Shown: positions 9,808 to 20,379, counted from the whole stretch's first letter. The stretch: DNA of 61,747 nucleotides, filler included, from 7 parts of 7 records of this genome joined end to end with filler, not necessarily neighbours in it, one strand, 5' to 3'. Numbers and translations are program-made. Notes: a model not told the origin generated them from the sequence alone.

Positions 9808-11505
9808 TTAGCGCAGATCTTTCGCGCGTAATTGTATGTTTTTTCTTCCCATATATTCGTTTTCTTCTATCACGTAAGCAAGATCCAGATCATGATTGCC
9901 GGGATTGAGGCGATAATATAAATCACCCATTCCAAATCCGATGACATCGAATACGTGACTGTTTTGACGAATTTTAAATTTGAGGTGATTCATTCCAACA
10001 ATGGATGGCGTGCCAACCACCTGAACATGTTGACTCATAAAAACGGGTCGTGTGTTGTGCGGGCCAAAGGGAGCGAACATTTTAAGTAATTTAACGAGTT
10101 TCGGATCAATGTCCTCAAGGCTTAGTTCCGCTTCGATGGCCAGCTTTGGAATGAGATCTTCCTCATTCAAATGGTCACCAGCGATTTGTTCAAACTTTTC
10201 AATAAACGCTGGTATATTCTTTTGTTCGATTGTTAAACCTGCGGCATACTTGTGACCACCGTAACCTATTAACAGGTCTTCACATTTTTTAAATGCATCG
10301 TATAGGTCGAAACCTTCAACACTTCGGGCTGAACCTTTTCCCACACCATCTTCTATAGAAATGAGAACAGTCGGACGATAAAATTTTTCAACAACACGGG
10401 AAGCGACAATACCAATAACGCCGGAATGCCAGCCTTCCTTATGAAGAACCAAAGAACGCGTTTGTGCAGGATCGAATTGTTGCTCCGCTTGCTCAAGAGC
10501 TTCATGAAACGTTTCTTCATCAACGCTTTTACGGTTTCGATTTTCCTGCTCCAGTATAGCTGCAATTTCGGTGGCTTCCTGTGCATCTTCGGTTGTCAGT
10601 AATTTAACAGCTCTTTCAGCATCTCCCATGCGACCGACCGCGTTAATTCTGGGAGCCAGAACAAAAACGATCTGGCCAGTGCCAATTTCCCTGTGCCGTA
10701 AATTAGAGGCATTTATAAGAGCCGCTAATCCGATATTTTCTGTTTCATTTAGCTTTGCCAGGCCATTCTTTACAAAAATTCTGTTTTCATCCACAAGCGG
10801 AACGATATCCGCGGCTGTTCCGATTGCGACAAGTTCAATATATTTCTCCAGAATGGAAAGATCTATTTCCATTCTTATCAATAAACCCTGAGCAAGTTTA
10901 TATGCGACACCGACGCCAGCGAGCTGTTTAAATGGATAACCACAATCATGTCTTTTGGGATCAAGAACTGCAATTGCATTGGGTAAAACAGGCGTAGGCT
11001 CGTGATGATCACTTACGATAACATCGATTCCATAGGAACGGGCGCGATCAATCTCATCGTGGCCGGTTATACCGCAGTCCACGGTGATGATCAAGTTAAT
11101 GCCATTCTCGTTGGCTTTATCAATTCCTTTATCTGAAAGGCCATAACCTTCCAATTGTCTATCCGGAATATAATAAAATACGTTTGACCCAAGTTCCTTT
11201 AAAATAAGATAAAGAAAAGAAATAGAGGTGATTCCATCTACATCGTAATCTCCATAGATTAAAATATTTTCATCACTCAGCACGGCACGGCGTAATCTTT
11301 CTATTGCCTTGTCCATGTCTTGCATCAAAAAAGGATCATTGAGAAAATCAATTGAAGATTTAAAAAACTTTTTTGCTGTTTCCAGATTGTCTATTCCACG
11401 TCTGAGTAATATTTGAGAAATGAGAAGGGGAACGTTTAAACTGGTAGCAAGAGAATTTACTTCTTCTTTGAAATTATCATTTGCCATTACCCAATTAAGG
11501 TCCAT
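9808..11505 (-). CDS. recJ: Single-stranded-DNA-specific exonuclease RecJ
   Basis: YGDYDVDG, TVDCG, DHH, GTAADIVPL, PRINAVGR, GSARS, GGHKYAAG. Confidence 0.96.
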   Translation of the reverse strand: MDLNWVMANDNFKEEVNSLATSLNVPLLISQILLRRGIDNLETAKKFFKSSIDFLNDPFLMQDMDKAIERLRRAVLSDENILIYGDYDVDGITSISFLYLILKELGSNVFYYIPDRQLEGYGLSDKGIDKANENGINLIITVDCGITGHDEIDRARSYGIDVIVSDHHEPTPVLPNAIAVLDPKRHDCGYPFKQLAGVGVAYKLAQGLLIRMEIDLSILEKYIELVAIGTAADIVPLVDENRIFVKNGLAKLNETENIGLAALINASNLRHREIGTGQIVFVLAPRINAVGRMGDAERAVKLLTTEDAQEATEIAAILEQENRNRKSVDEETFHEALEQAEQQFDPAQTRSLVLHKEGWHSGVIGIVASRVVEKFYRPTVLISIEDGVGKGSARSVEGFDLYDAFKKCEDLLIGYGGHKYAAGLTIEQKNIPAFIEKFEQIAGDHLNEEDLIPKLAIEAELSLEDIDPKLVKLLKMFAPFGPHNTRPVFMSQHVQVVGTPSIVGMNHLKFKIRQNSHVFDVIGFGMGDLYYRLNPGNHDLDLAYVIEENEYMGRKNIQLRAKDLR

Positions 11506-11567
11506 AAATAGCTAACTCCAACCGGTCTCTAGTATATTAAATATGAGGAAAATTACTTTTAAAAAAA

Positions 11568-11933
11568 TCCAAAGCAGGTCGATAAGCCGAATTCTGTAAT
11601 CCAATGGTTATTGGATTGACGATCATTTATCTAGGACATCGATTGCCCGATATCTCAAGCGACCTACCCAAGAGTCAAATGAGGCGGACGACCTCTTCTC
11701 TCTTATTTGGTCTTGCTCCGGGTGGGGTTTACCATGCCTCTGATGTCACCATCAAAGCGGTGAGCTCTTACCTCACCCTTTCACCTTAACCCTGATAAAA
11801 ATCAGGGATGTTTGCTTTCTGTGGCACTTTCCTCGCCTCACGACGAGTCCGCGTTACGGACCACCCTGTCCTGTGGAGTTCGGACTTTCCTCATCCGGAT
11901 CGAGCCGGACGCGATCGTCTGACCTGCTTTGGA
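11568..11933 (-). ncRNA. rnpB: RNase P RNA (bacterial type A)
   Basis: Minus strand has GAGGAAAGTCCG near the 5' end, AGTGCCACAGAAA, GGTAAACCCCACCCGGAGCAAG and ACAGAATTCGGCTTAT near the 3' end. The ends TCCAAAGCAGGTC/GACCTGCTTTGGA pair as P1. Confidence 0.96.
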
Positions 11934-11992
11934 CTTTTATTTTAACATAGTTGAGCTATATCATCTACAAATAAATCCTTGATTTGAAAAAA

Positions 11993-12739
11993 TTACATAT
12001 TACCGTTATCGTCATCCAGGCAATTTCCCTTATAATCAGGGCTCCATACAAGAATTCGTCCACAAACTTCGCAAAAATAGAGTTTGTTCATCATCCTGAT
12101 TTCCAGGCCACGCTGAGGTGGTATCCGAGAGGAACATTTGCTGCAGGCGCCATCTTTAAGAAGAGCAAGGGCACTACCACCCCTGCCATTACGGATACGC
12201 TCATATGTTCCTATAACCGGTTTTGAGAGTTGAGTAATAATCGTGTTTCGTTGCGCTAAAAGAAGTTCTTCTTCTTCACGCGTTTTTACCAGTAACTCAT
12301 CCAGGACGGCATTTGTTTCAGTTAATTCTTTTTTCTTTTCCTCAACTTCTTGTTCCAACGTCTTTGCTTCAGTTTCTGAATTGGTAATCACCTCGTCAAT
12401 TTCCAACGTATCTAATTCGAGTTGATCAATCGCTTCTTTTGCGTTTTCAATTTCAAGCGTCACAGCATCATACTCTTTATTAGTTTTGACCTGGTAAAGC
12501 TGAGTTTGATATTTTTTTAGTTTGTCCTGAAGCAGAGCAAGATCACCTTCAAATTTGACGTGATCGGATTTCAAATTCTTATTTTGTAGACGTTTGTTCT
12601 CGAGGTTTTGTCCCAGATTTTCAACTTCCGTAGATAGAGCCTTAACTTTTTGAGGGAAATCCCCTTTGGATTGCTCTAATTTTAGTATTTTATAGTCAAC
12701 TTCCTGCAGATCGATTAGAGCTTCCAAAGCAATTTTCAA
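11993..12739 (-). CDS. Coiled-coil protein with C-terminal C4 zinc ribbon (DUF164/CT398-like)
   Basis: Long coiled coil, KTNKEYDA, YERIR, CSKC...CEVCGRIL. TTG start at 12739 follows an AGGAG RBS. Confidence 0.88.
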   Translation of the reverse strand: MKIALEALIDLQEVDYKILKLEQSKGDFPQKVKALSTEVENLGQNLENKRLQNKNLKSDHVKFEGDLALLQDKLKKYQTQLYQVKTNKEYDAVTLEIENAKEAIDQLELDTLEIDEVITNSETEAKTLEQEVEEKKKELTETNAVLDELLVKTREEEELLLAQRNTIITQLSKPVIGTYERIRNGRGGSALALLKDGACSKCSSRIPPQRGLEIRMMNKLYFCEVCGRILVWSPDYKGNCLDDDNGNM

Positions 12740-12796
12740 TTTAACACTCCTTGCACAAACAGTACACATTTCTTGTTAGACGTGATTTATTATTTA

Positions 12797-12832
12797 TAAA
12801 AAAAAGTGCACCCAAATAAATGAATGCACTTT
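12797..12832 (-). terminator. Intrinsic terminator-like hairpin in the leader of the zinc-ribbon gene
   Basis: Minus strand AAAGTGCATTCA-TTTATT-TGGGTGCACTTT followed by a T run. Confidence 0.55.
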
Positions 12833-12949
12833 AATAACTATAGCATACCCACAATGTTAATTGTGTTCGAAAATCCGAACAATATTTTTTACTCTCAGTT
12901 TTCAAAGAAGTATCAAACTCCTGAATAGAATAACAGTTCTTTTTCTTTA

Positions 12950-12978
12950 AAGATAACCGTATATGCATTAAAAATCAA
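12950..12978 (-). promoter_or_regulatory. Putative sigma70-type promoter
   Basis: TTGATT-17 nt-TATCTT on the minus strand; AT-rich context raises the chance of a coincidental match. Confidence 0.4.
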
Positions 12979-13059
12979 GCAAAAAGTGGGATCTGTTAAT
13001 TAAGTGATGTTAAAGAGCTGTCACTCTCTGTTTTTTAATTCAGGACGATTTTGTCATAG

Positions 13060-14220
13060 CTATATAGTGTCATGAAAACATTGATATGCACCGTTTTGTA
13101 TCAAAAGAGATGGTGTGCCATTTTGCATATAAAGATAAATTGATTTTATTTTTATACGTGGCTGCGTTTCAGGTATGTAAATTCGATCAATATGAATCAC
13201 GTGTTCTGGTGCAGAGAACTGGGCTGGACCCACCATTCCGCCAAAATGATCACTACGACCAAAAGCGATATGAAATCCAAGTTTTTCATCCAATAACACC
13301 TCTCCAATGGGCTTGAGACCAAAGTCCGCAAGGACTCCAAATCCCAGTTCAGCCATATTGGCGTAGGCAGGTTCGTTTTTTATCGTTTTTTTCTCTTTTT
13401 CACTAACAGGTCCTTCACTCACAATGTCAATTGCCTGATTTTGGTGGATAGAATAGATCACGATTTCATCGTCAAATTGAACAGGTAACAAGCCATTGGT
13501 TTCGGATTTTTCATCCATTTCACCTTCGTAGGGGACGATGTATGTTTCGCCACTTGGGAGGTTGCCTGCGGTTCCCTTGAGTGGAAATCGGCCGCCACTT
13601 GCATGAGCATTGCGAAAGCGTAAATCAAATTTCATGTTATATTCATGCTGATCATCCACAAGAAAGGTTGTTTCTGCCAATCTTGCCATATCCAGTTTTT
13701 CTTTCAATAGTTGTGTTCTCGCATTAATCTCATTATAGTCCAGTTTCAGGGCAGAAATCATGTTAACCGAGAATCCAGGCATGGTGGCCGCCCGAAAACC
13801 GTATTCTGCGGCCGCTATTTTCATAGGTGCTGTGGCAGAATATTCCGTCAGAACGAGAAAGAGATGACATTGGGTAAAGACCGATTTTTTGGATATGACA
13901 GGCGCTTCCTTGTCAATGGCATCAAACGCAGGTGGGAGAGAATCCTTTAAAAGGTACATATTCTCAGGTAAATCGGCATTGTTGGATCCAACATTCTTAT
14001 AAGCAACAAGTTTAATTTTATCTAAATTTAATAACGATAATTGTTTTTCAAGTTTTAGAGTCCAATCCAATGCTATTTGGCGTCTTTTAGCCCAATTTTT
14101 ATTATCCTCAGTTTTCCTAGTTGGCAAGTCTACCATTATCGCTAACACCCGATGTTCAGACAAAGGAGGAAAAACGGACATGACCAGATTCGTGAGTTCA
14201 GTTGTTGTAAGAGTTTCCAT
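13060..14220 (-). CDS. Aminopeptidase-like metalloprotein (thermophilic metalloprotease M29-like)
   Basis: GNLPSGE, AELGFG, DEKLGFHIAFG and HID motifs. Confidence 0.7.
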   Translation of the reverse strand: METLTTTELTNLVMSVFPPLSEHRVLAIMVDLPTRKTEDNKNWAKRRQIALDWTLKLEKQLSLLNLDKIKLVAYKNVGSNNADLPENMYLLKDSLPPAFDAIDKEAPVISKKSVFTQCHLFLVLTEYSATAPMKIAAAEYGFRAATMPGFSVNMISALKLDYNEINARTQLLKEKLDMARLAETTFLVDDQHEYNMKFDLRFRNAHASGGRFPLKGTAGNLPSGETYIVPYEGEMDEKSETNGLLPVQFDDEIVIYSIHQNQAIDIVSEGPVSEKEKKTIKNEPAYANMAELGFGVLADFGLKPIGEVLLDEKLGFHIAFGRSDHFGGMVGPAQFSAPEHVIHIDRIYIPETQPRIKIKSIYLYMQNGTPSLLIQNGAYQCFHDTI

Positions 14221-14544
14221 AAAGCCCTATCCTTGATTAAGAATGTTATTTTTTGAAAAAATGAGTTATATATTTATTCTGAAAGATTCATTTTTATCTA
14301 TAGATAGTATTGTAATTTTTAACAAGAAAACATAGTGATAATTTTGTTTTTTTATTCAGGATCTGGAAAAAAATTACCTGTGCTATAAAAAAGATAGATG
14401 GGGCAATGCCATCCAAAAGAAATATCCTGATTCGAGTTCTAAAGAAAAAGATGGTTGCATCTTTCTATATGAACAATATATTAAAATATGAGAATAGTAA
14501 AATAAATTTACAGGTATGACTTTAACTCTCATTCCGAGGGAATA

Positions 14545-15199
14545 ATGGAACTTCTTTATAAAGAAATATTAAATCATACACCTACGTGTACTTGTGTTAC
14601 GGACAAATGGTTTCAAATTATTTTCGCAAATCGAGCTTTTTTGAAGCTGACAGGATACAATAGCGAAGAATTTATCGGATCTAATCTGCAAGACCATTTC
14701 GCGTATATCGCTCCTGAATTGGATCTAACCTGTCTTGTCGAAGAATATACCAAAAAGAAAGTTGATGACCATTTTCCAGGTGTGCTGGTTCAAAAAAATG
14801 CAGGAATGAAGCCGGTTATCATTCGTGCAGAACTGGTTTGTTCGAAATCTAAAGATTGTTTTCTGGTTTTCAAAATCGAGGAACATTTTCTCCAAATTAA
14901 TGCCTCCAAGCCTGGTAATAAAGACGTGTTGAGTCTTTATGATGATAAATTGCAAAGTGCTTTTATACTTGATACACAAGCGAGATGTGTATATGTAGCC
15001 GATCACATTTTAAAACGGACAGGTCAATCCGAAAAATCATATTTAGGAAAGAGTGTTTTGGAGCTGATAATTGAGGAAGACAAATCGACGGCAGCGACTT
15101 ATTTTAATAGAACGTTAGAGGGTGAAAATCTTTTACCTGTTGAATTGGGATTGCATACAGATAAAAGTAATCTGATGTGGGTCGTTGTTCATTCGTCTC
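14545..15199 (+). CDS. PAS-domain sensor protein (partial, cut by contig end)
   Basis: Two PAS-like repeats (IIFANRAFLKLTGYNSEEFIG; CVYVADHILKRTGQSEKSYLGKS). Confidence 0.75.
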
Positions 15200-15299
15200 N
15201 NNNNNNNNNNNNNNNNNNNNNNNNNNNNNNNNNNNNNNNNNNNTTAATTAATTAANNNNNNNNNNNNNNNNNNNNNNNNNNNNNNNNNNNNNNNNNNNN
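15200..15299. other. Artificial contig linker
   Basis: N44-TTAATTAATTAA-N44; stop codons in all six frames. Confidence 0.98.
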
Positions 15300-15464
15300 A
15301 ATCCAACCAAAACAAAGTGCCTGGTCAACCGATTCCGACCAGGTCATTGAAGGTTTCTTGCTGGCTACTTTATAGAATCCAACAGTTAACTCTGTTTCTG
15401 TTTTATGGTTTTCTTCCAACCATTTTCTAAATTCAATTTGTGAAGGAAAAAATATTAATGCCAT
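15300..15464 (-). CDS. YdeI/OmpD-associated family protein (N-terminal part)
   Basis: FRKWLEENH...VGFYK...SMTWSESVDQALCFGWI. Confidence 0.85.
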
Positions 15465-15499
15465 TTTCTGTTATTTTAATATTTTTTGTGCTGTTTACA

Positions 15500-15645
15500 C
15501 ATTATAACCGTAAATGTTAATATAAGAATAGTAGCCCGCTACGTGGTACTTATGTGTCAGGTAACAAGAAAGTTGAAGCGGACTGCCATCTTATAAATTT
15601 ACAACTATCCAGGCTTTTATTTTTTACATTATTAAGGCCGGTTTT
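15500..15645 (-). repeat. Degenerate attC-like imperfect inverted repeat
   Basis: Arm TATAAGAATAGTAGCC (15521-15536) imperfectly complements GGCTTTTATTTTTTACA (15612-15628); sits between two co-oriented genes and resembles Bacteroidales cassette-associated repeats. Confidence 0.45.
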
Positions 15646-15714
15646 TGTAATAAACAAAAATACTTTTAAGCATTAACTTCCATGTAATCACACCTCTGAA
15701 TCTTTTGCATTTTG

Positions 15715-18198
15715 CTAAAAAACATCATCATCAACAGCATTAATTACATAAGTTCCTGTCTGAAATTCAAATATATTGAATTCATCCGATTTTGAATAAT
15801 GTGAAATCTTTTTGTTAGTCTTTATGAACTTCCCGTCTTTCCAGATTTTCTCATCATTCACATAGACAGCAAAATTTTCAACCGGCTGAACCGGGATATA
15901 AATCTGCGCTGTTGTATTTTCGGGCACCACAGTTTCAATTTGTAAACCAGTTTCGGCATTGTCTTTTGCAAGCTTTTTCAGTTTTACACTTATGTCTCCT
16001 GCCACTGAGGGAATTACCCCTTCTGCCCATTCTAAATCGTACAGATTAGGTTGAATTTTAAACTCCTTCCATCCGGGCTGAATGGGTTCCACTCCCAACA
16101 CTATCTCGGGTAGAAGAGCTGTATATCCTGAACACCAGGCATGAGATTTTGACATCCCCGGTGACGACTCCCACATTTCGTGCCAGGCACCGTTAAAGTC
16201 TTCTTCGTTCATTTGTGCTCCCCAGTAGGTACGCATATAGTCAAGTGCCCATTGCCCTTCACCTTCAGAAGAGAGGGTATTAAGCAGCCAGTACGAGAAT
16301 GACTGCTCGCACGATCGTCCCTGGCTTGTTGCAAATTTTACTACCGGTGCTTTCTTATCTTCAGGAACAAGTCCGTATTTTAGCGCATAAACCTGTGTTT
16401 GTTGTGTAATACGTGAGCTTTCATAACCATCTTTAAACGCATTGTCTTTCTCAGACCACAAATATTTCAGAATTGAATTTTTTACAGCCTGCGCCTTTTG
16501 CTCGCATTCAGTTGCCTGTTGGTTATCGTCCATAATATTTCGGGCTATCCATGCAGCCGAGTTTAGTGCATCGTAGTACAGGCAGTTCACCGATGTGTTT
16601 TCACCATCCACATCTTGTTTGTAAGTATCGGGATGATCGAGTACCACCCAGCCGGGTACTTTTCCAACAAGCCCTCTTTCTGCCGATAGGTAGCCCTCGA
16701 AGTATTGTAATAGCTTCTTCAAATTCGGATAGACCTGTTTAACCAGTTGTGGATTCTCATAATACATGTGGTATTCCTGAAGCATCAGGATCCATTCTAG
16801 CTGATAGTCGGGAATATAAGTTGAAGTAGTGGGTCCCAGATGGTATCCTGTTGGATAACGTGAGCGTATGGCACCTTCATTGGAATGGCGCTGCGAAAAT
16901 GCTCCGCTGAGAATGTTGTAATCGTGCAATAACCTGATGTTAGGAGCAAATGCAAAGGAAGAATATCGAATATTATACCTGGTATCGCCCGAGATATATT
17001 GTGTTTGTTCGCGCCATGGAGTATCCATCCAGGTGTCGTGGGCACAAATCTGCATTGTCCAGCTGCCAATCTCCCATATTTTATTCAATTCCTCATCGGA
17101 GCAAGTAAAGCTACCCGCGTTTTTTACCGGGAAAGACCGGAATTCTCCGCTAACATTATCAATTGAAACATCGGGATTCTCTTTAATGGCCAGGTATCGG
17201 AAGCCACGCCAGGTAAGAGGTTGCCAGCTCTGTTTACCTTCTTTTGTTATGTAAGTATCGGTATAATCCACATTATCTTTCATTAACGGAATACTGTCGC
17301 TGTCCAGTCTTTCTCCGGTGCCAAGAATCACTTCCACACCTGCTTTGGTTGCAGTAACCGAAAAACGGGGAAAAGCAGTAATGCCTTTGCCAAAATCATA
17401 CACTTTATATCCCTTTACTTTCCATTCCGAAACAGGTTTAAGGTTTTTGTACAACAGTCGTTCTCTTTTTACTACAACAATCTGGTTCCATGGATTCAAT
17501 GGGGGCACGCCAATCTCTTTGGCCGGCTCCCAGGCTGAATCGTCGAAAGATGGTTCCTGCCAGCCTTTGTACTCCAGCCGTGCATCGTAGCTCTCCCTAA
17601 AGCCAATGGTGTGGTCGTTCTGACGGTATTTTGTGTCGTCATCCCAGGCAACAGCCTGAGCTACGCGCCAGCTATTGTCACTAATCAACTTTGTAACTTC
17701 TCCTTTATTGTCGGTAACGGCCGCCTGAAAGAAAAAACCTCCGCGCGCGTCCATACGGTGGTGCAAGCCTTCACCGGCATTGTACACAAGTGCTGCAATT
17801 GTGTTCATCCCTTTCTTTAGGTAAGGAACAAGGTCTATCTCTTCGTAAGTCTGATACGCGGGGTCTGGATTTGTTGGCATACGATCTATGTATTGTCCGT
17901 TTATATAAAGTTCGGCAAATGCAAAAGCAGATATAAATGCCCTGGCTTCTTTTACCGGGTTATTTAACGTAAAACTTTTGCGGACATGCAAATAGTAGTT
18001 TCTTGGATTAATCTCCCCGGAATCCCAAATCCAGGATGCTTCTGGCTGTATGCCGTCAAGAAAATGAGAGGGAGGTAAAATATAGCCCTCTCCTTTAATT
18101 TCAATCTCTGTTTTATCTTCTGTTTTATTGTTCTGTTGAGTACAGGAATGTGCGATACACGCTAATAGCAAAAGTGCCAGTTTTGTTTTTATTTTCAT
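15715..18198 (-). CDS. Glycoside hydrolase family 78 (alpha-L-rhamnosidase-like) lipoprotein
   Basis: Lipoprotein signal (IAHSC), YDFG, WRGFRY, GSFTCSDEELNKIW, DTPWREQTQY, SKSHAW. Confidence 0.85.
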   Translation of the reverse strand: MKIKTKLALLLLACIAHSCTQQNNKTEDKTEIEIKGEGYILPPSHFLDGIQPEASWIWDSGEINPRNYYLHVRKSFTLNNPVKEARAFISAFAFAELYINGQYIDRMPTNPDPAYQTYEEIDLVPYLKKGMNTIAALVYNAGEGLHHRMDARGGFFFQAAVTDNKGEVTKLISDNSWRVAQAVAWDDDTKYRQNDHTIGFRESYDARLEYKGWQEPSFDDSAWEPAKEIGVPPLNPWNQIVVVKRERLLYKNLKPVSEWKVKGYKVYDFGKGITAFPRFSVTATKAGVEVILGTGERLDSDSIPLMKDNVDYTDTYITKEGKQSWQPLTWRGFRYLAIKENPDVSIDNVSGEFRSFPVKNAGSFTCSDEELNKIWEIGSWTMQICAHDTWMDTPWREQTQYISGDTRYNIRYSSFAFAPNIRLLHDYNILSGAFSQRHSNEGAIRSRYPTGYHLGPTTSTYIPDYQLEWILMLQEYHMYYENPQLVKQVYPNLKKLLQYFEGYLSAERGLVGKVPGWVVLDHPDTYKQDVDGENTSVNCLYYDALNSAAWIARNIMDDNQQATECEQKAQAVKNSILKYLWSEKDNAFKDGYESSRITQQTQVYALKYGLVPEDKKAPVVKFATSQGRSCEQSFSYWLLNTLSSEGEGQWALDYMRTYWGAQMNEEDFNGAWHEMWESSPGMSKSHAWCSGYTALLPEIVLGVEPIQPGWKEFKIQPNLYDLEWAEGVIPSVAGDISVKLKKLAKDNAETGLQIETVVPENTTAQIYIPVQPVENFAVYVNDEKIWKDGKFIKTNKKISHYSKSDEFNIFEFQTGTYVINAVDDDVF

Positions 18199-18362
18199 TT
18201 TATAAATTCTTACCCGGCAATTATCATTTGCAGGTTATAATAAATTGTATTTATACTGATATTGATTATCTCAGGAATTTAATTGGTTATAGTTGTTTAT
18301 GTATGTGGATAGGATTTCGGAGAGTATTTTTCAGTCAGCCGACTGACAGAAAAGTGCTGCTG

Positions 18363-18402
18363 GAATCTGCAGTTGCCAACCGCACCAATACCGCTCTGAA
18401 AT
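18363..18402. repeat. Dispersed repeat, copy A (matches 20340-20379)
   Basis: 31/40 ungapped identity to 20340-20379 by manual alignment. Confidence 0.7.
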
Positions 18403-18467
18403 TTGTTATTAGTTACTACTGGTGTGTTATAAATTTATCGATTAATAAAATTTAATAGTTTGCGTAT

Positions 18468-19769
18468 TTAATATTTTGAAACAGAAAATTTAAATGTACT
18501 GCCTTTATTTAATTCACTCTCTACGGTTATAATTTCACCAAGTTTTTCAACCAGCTCTTTTGTAATAATTAAACCAAGCCCTTTACTTTCTTCTCCTTCA
18601 GTACCACTTCTGTTTGAATTAATGTTAAATTGAAAAAGACTTTCCGAAACCTGTTTTTCCATTCCAATCCCATTGTCTTTTACAATTATAAAAATTTTAT
18701 TTTTGTCGAACTTCTCGACGGAAATTTGAATTTCGCCTCCACCTGGCGTAAATTTTATTGCATTTGACAAAAGGTTTCTAATTATGGTATTTAAAATCGT
18801 TTTATCTACAAAAACGTGAATGTCATTAGCGATTGAATTATTTATTACAATATTTTTTTGTTTGTAATTATCACTAAAAAGAAGAATAATTTCATTCACA
18901 TTTTGGTTCAGATTTATTACCTGTGGATTGGATTGAATATTATCCATCTGTATTTTCCCCCATTCCAAAAGCGACTCCAGAAGTTCAAGCGTTTTTTGTG
19001 ATTTTTGATTTATTAGTTCAGCAAATTCCTGAAATTCATCTTTTTTGAGATTTTCTGATTTATCTGCCATTAGAGAGGTCATTCCCAAAATACCATTGAA
19101 AGGGTTTCTTAAATCATGTGCAATAATGTTAAATAACAAATCCTTGGATTTATTCAGGTTGTTTAATTGATTGTTTTTGGATGTAATTGTTTTTTTAAAA
19201 TAATTTATAATGATAAAGCATAAAATTAAAGCAGCTAAATATCCAAAAGCCAAATCTATTTCCCTTGTTTTATTATCGCTGTAAGGATTAATAAAACTTG
19301 CCAGGAAGAAGCGTTCAGAAACAAATAAACCTAAAAGTACAGTTGCTGAAATAATAAATACAAAAGTCTGATGTTTTGAATTGCAGATGGTAACGAAAAT
19401 TATAATGAATATAATATAGAGAGAAGGTATTGAACCATTTAAGCCATCATTTAATATATACAATAAGGACAAAAATAGTAACGATATATATACATAAGCT
19501 AAAGGATTGAATTTGTTTTTGAAGCGCGCATTGTAATACAGCAGAAAATATAATACCATAAAAAATCCAACCAATACATTCAATTTTCCTGGCATGCCTA
19601 AAAATAAATCCCAGAATAAACCTACAAGAGCTCCTATGAAAGTAATTAAAGACACACTAATAAATACTCTTTTTTCCAAATTGTTTTCATCTGTTTCTCC
19701 AAAGAATATTTTAGTAAAGTGTTCAATAAATAATTTCATATTTTCTTTTTTAAAATTTTGCCTATTCAA
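18468..19769 (-). CDS. Membrane sensor histidine kinase
   Basis: Several N-terminal TM helices, H-box IIAHDLRNP, N-box RNLLSNAIKFT, G boxes DNGIG and GLGL. Confidence 0.93.
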   Translation of the reverse strand: MNRQNFKKENMKLFIEHFTKIFFGETDENNLEKRVFISVSLITFIGALVGLFWDLFLGMPGKLNVLVGFFMVLYFLLYYNARFKNKFNPLAYVYISLLFLSLLYILNDGLNGSIPSLYIIFIIIFVTICNSKHQTFVFIISATVLLGLFVSERFFLASFINPYSDNKTREIDLAFGYLAALILCFIIINYFKKTITSKNNQLNNLNKSKDLLFNIIAHDLRNPFNGILGMTSLMADKSENLKKDEFQEFAELINQKSQKTLELLESLLEWGKIQMDNIQSNPQVINLNQNVNEIILLFSDNYKQKNIVINNSIANDIHVFVDKTILNTIIRNLLSNAIKFTPGGGEIQISVEKFDKNKIFIIVKDNGIGMEKQVSESLFQFNINSNRSGTEGEESKGLGLIITKELVEKLGEIITVESELNKGSTFKFSVSKY

Positions 19770-20339
19770 TTTTTTGATAAATTGATTAGGTGAGCATGTA
19801 TGTTATGGTTTTTTCTTTATAAAAGTTTGGATTAGACTTTACACTAAATTAGTTTCTGGGCTTACTGATTCTTCTCTTGTTCTTAATTCTTTTTCATTGA
19901 AGCTACCAAAAGTACGTTTATGTAAAACACCTTCCAAATTCATTCCCGGTTTTTTATGCACCAACAATTTTTCCAATCCATCTTATTGACATGCAGACCC
20001 GGTATAATGCGTACCGGCGCATTACGACATTTTGGCTTTACACCTGGCTTTCGACTGGTAAATAAATAAGAGGTTTAATTTCGCTGGGAATGGTTTTTTG
20101 TCTTCTGTTTGAGAAGTAGTATTTCTGAATTGAAATCTATTGACTGAACTATGTTTTATGGGAATTGCCCCATTGCCCGGATTTAAAATCCTAAAATCTC
20201 AATAATCCATTAAATCCCGGTTCAGACATTTTTCACAATTTTAATTTCCCCACTGTTAAATTGTACAAAAATGTGCGGCAAAAAAGCATGTCTGGTAGTG
20301 AAGGGGTGATTACAGGGCTGGGCTGAAAAAGGGATGCGA

Positions 20340-20379
20340 GAATCCGCAGTTGATTGCCGCACTAACATCGCTTTGAAAT
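20340..20379. repeat. Dispersed repeat, copy B (matches 18363-18402)
   Basis: 31/40 ungapped identity to 18363-18402. Confidence 0.7.

Noticed and set aside
11604-11789. 61-aa ORF on the plus strand
   Set aside because: It is antisense to the RNase P RNA gene.
15244-15255. Recurring TTAATTAATTAA as a biological repeat or CRISPR
   Set aside because: Always centred in N runs; a synthetic six-frame stop linker. No CRISPR array or cas gene was seen in the window.
14545-15464. PAS protein and YdeI-family gene as neighbours
   Set aside because: They are on different contigs separated by a linker.
19790-20330. Possible small gene or pseudogene between the kinase and the HEPN-like ORF
   Set aside because: Only short interrupted frames with no family I can recognise.
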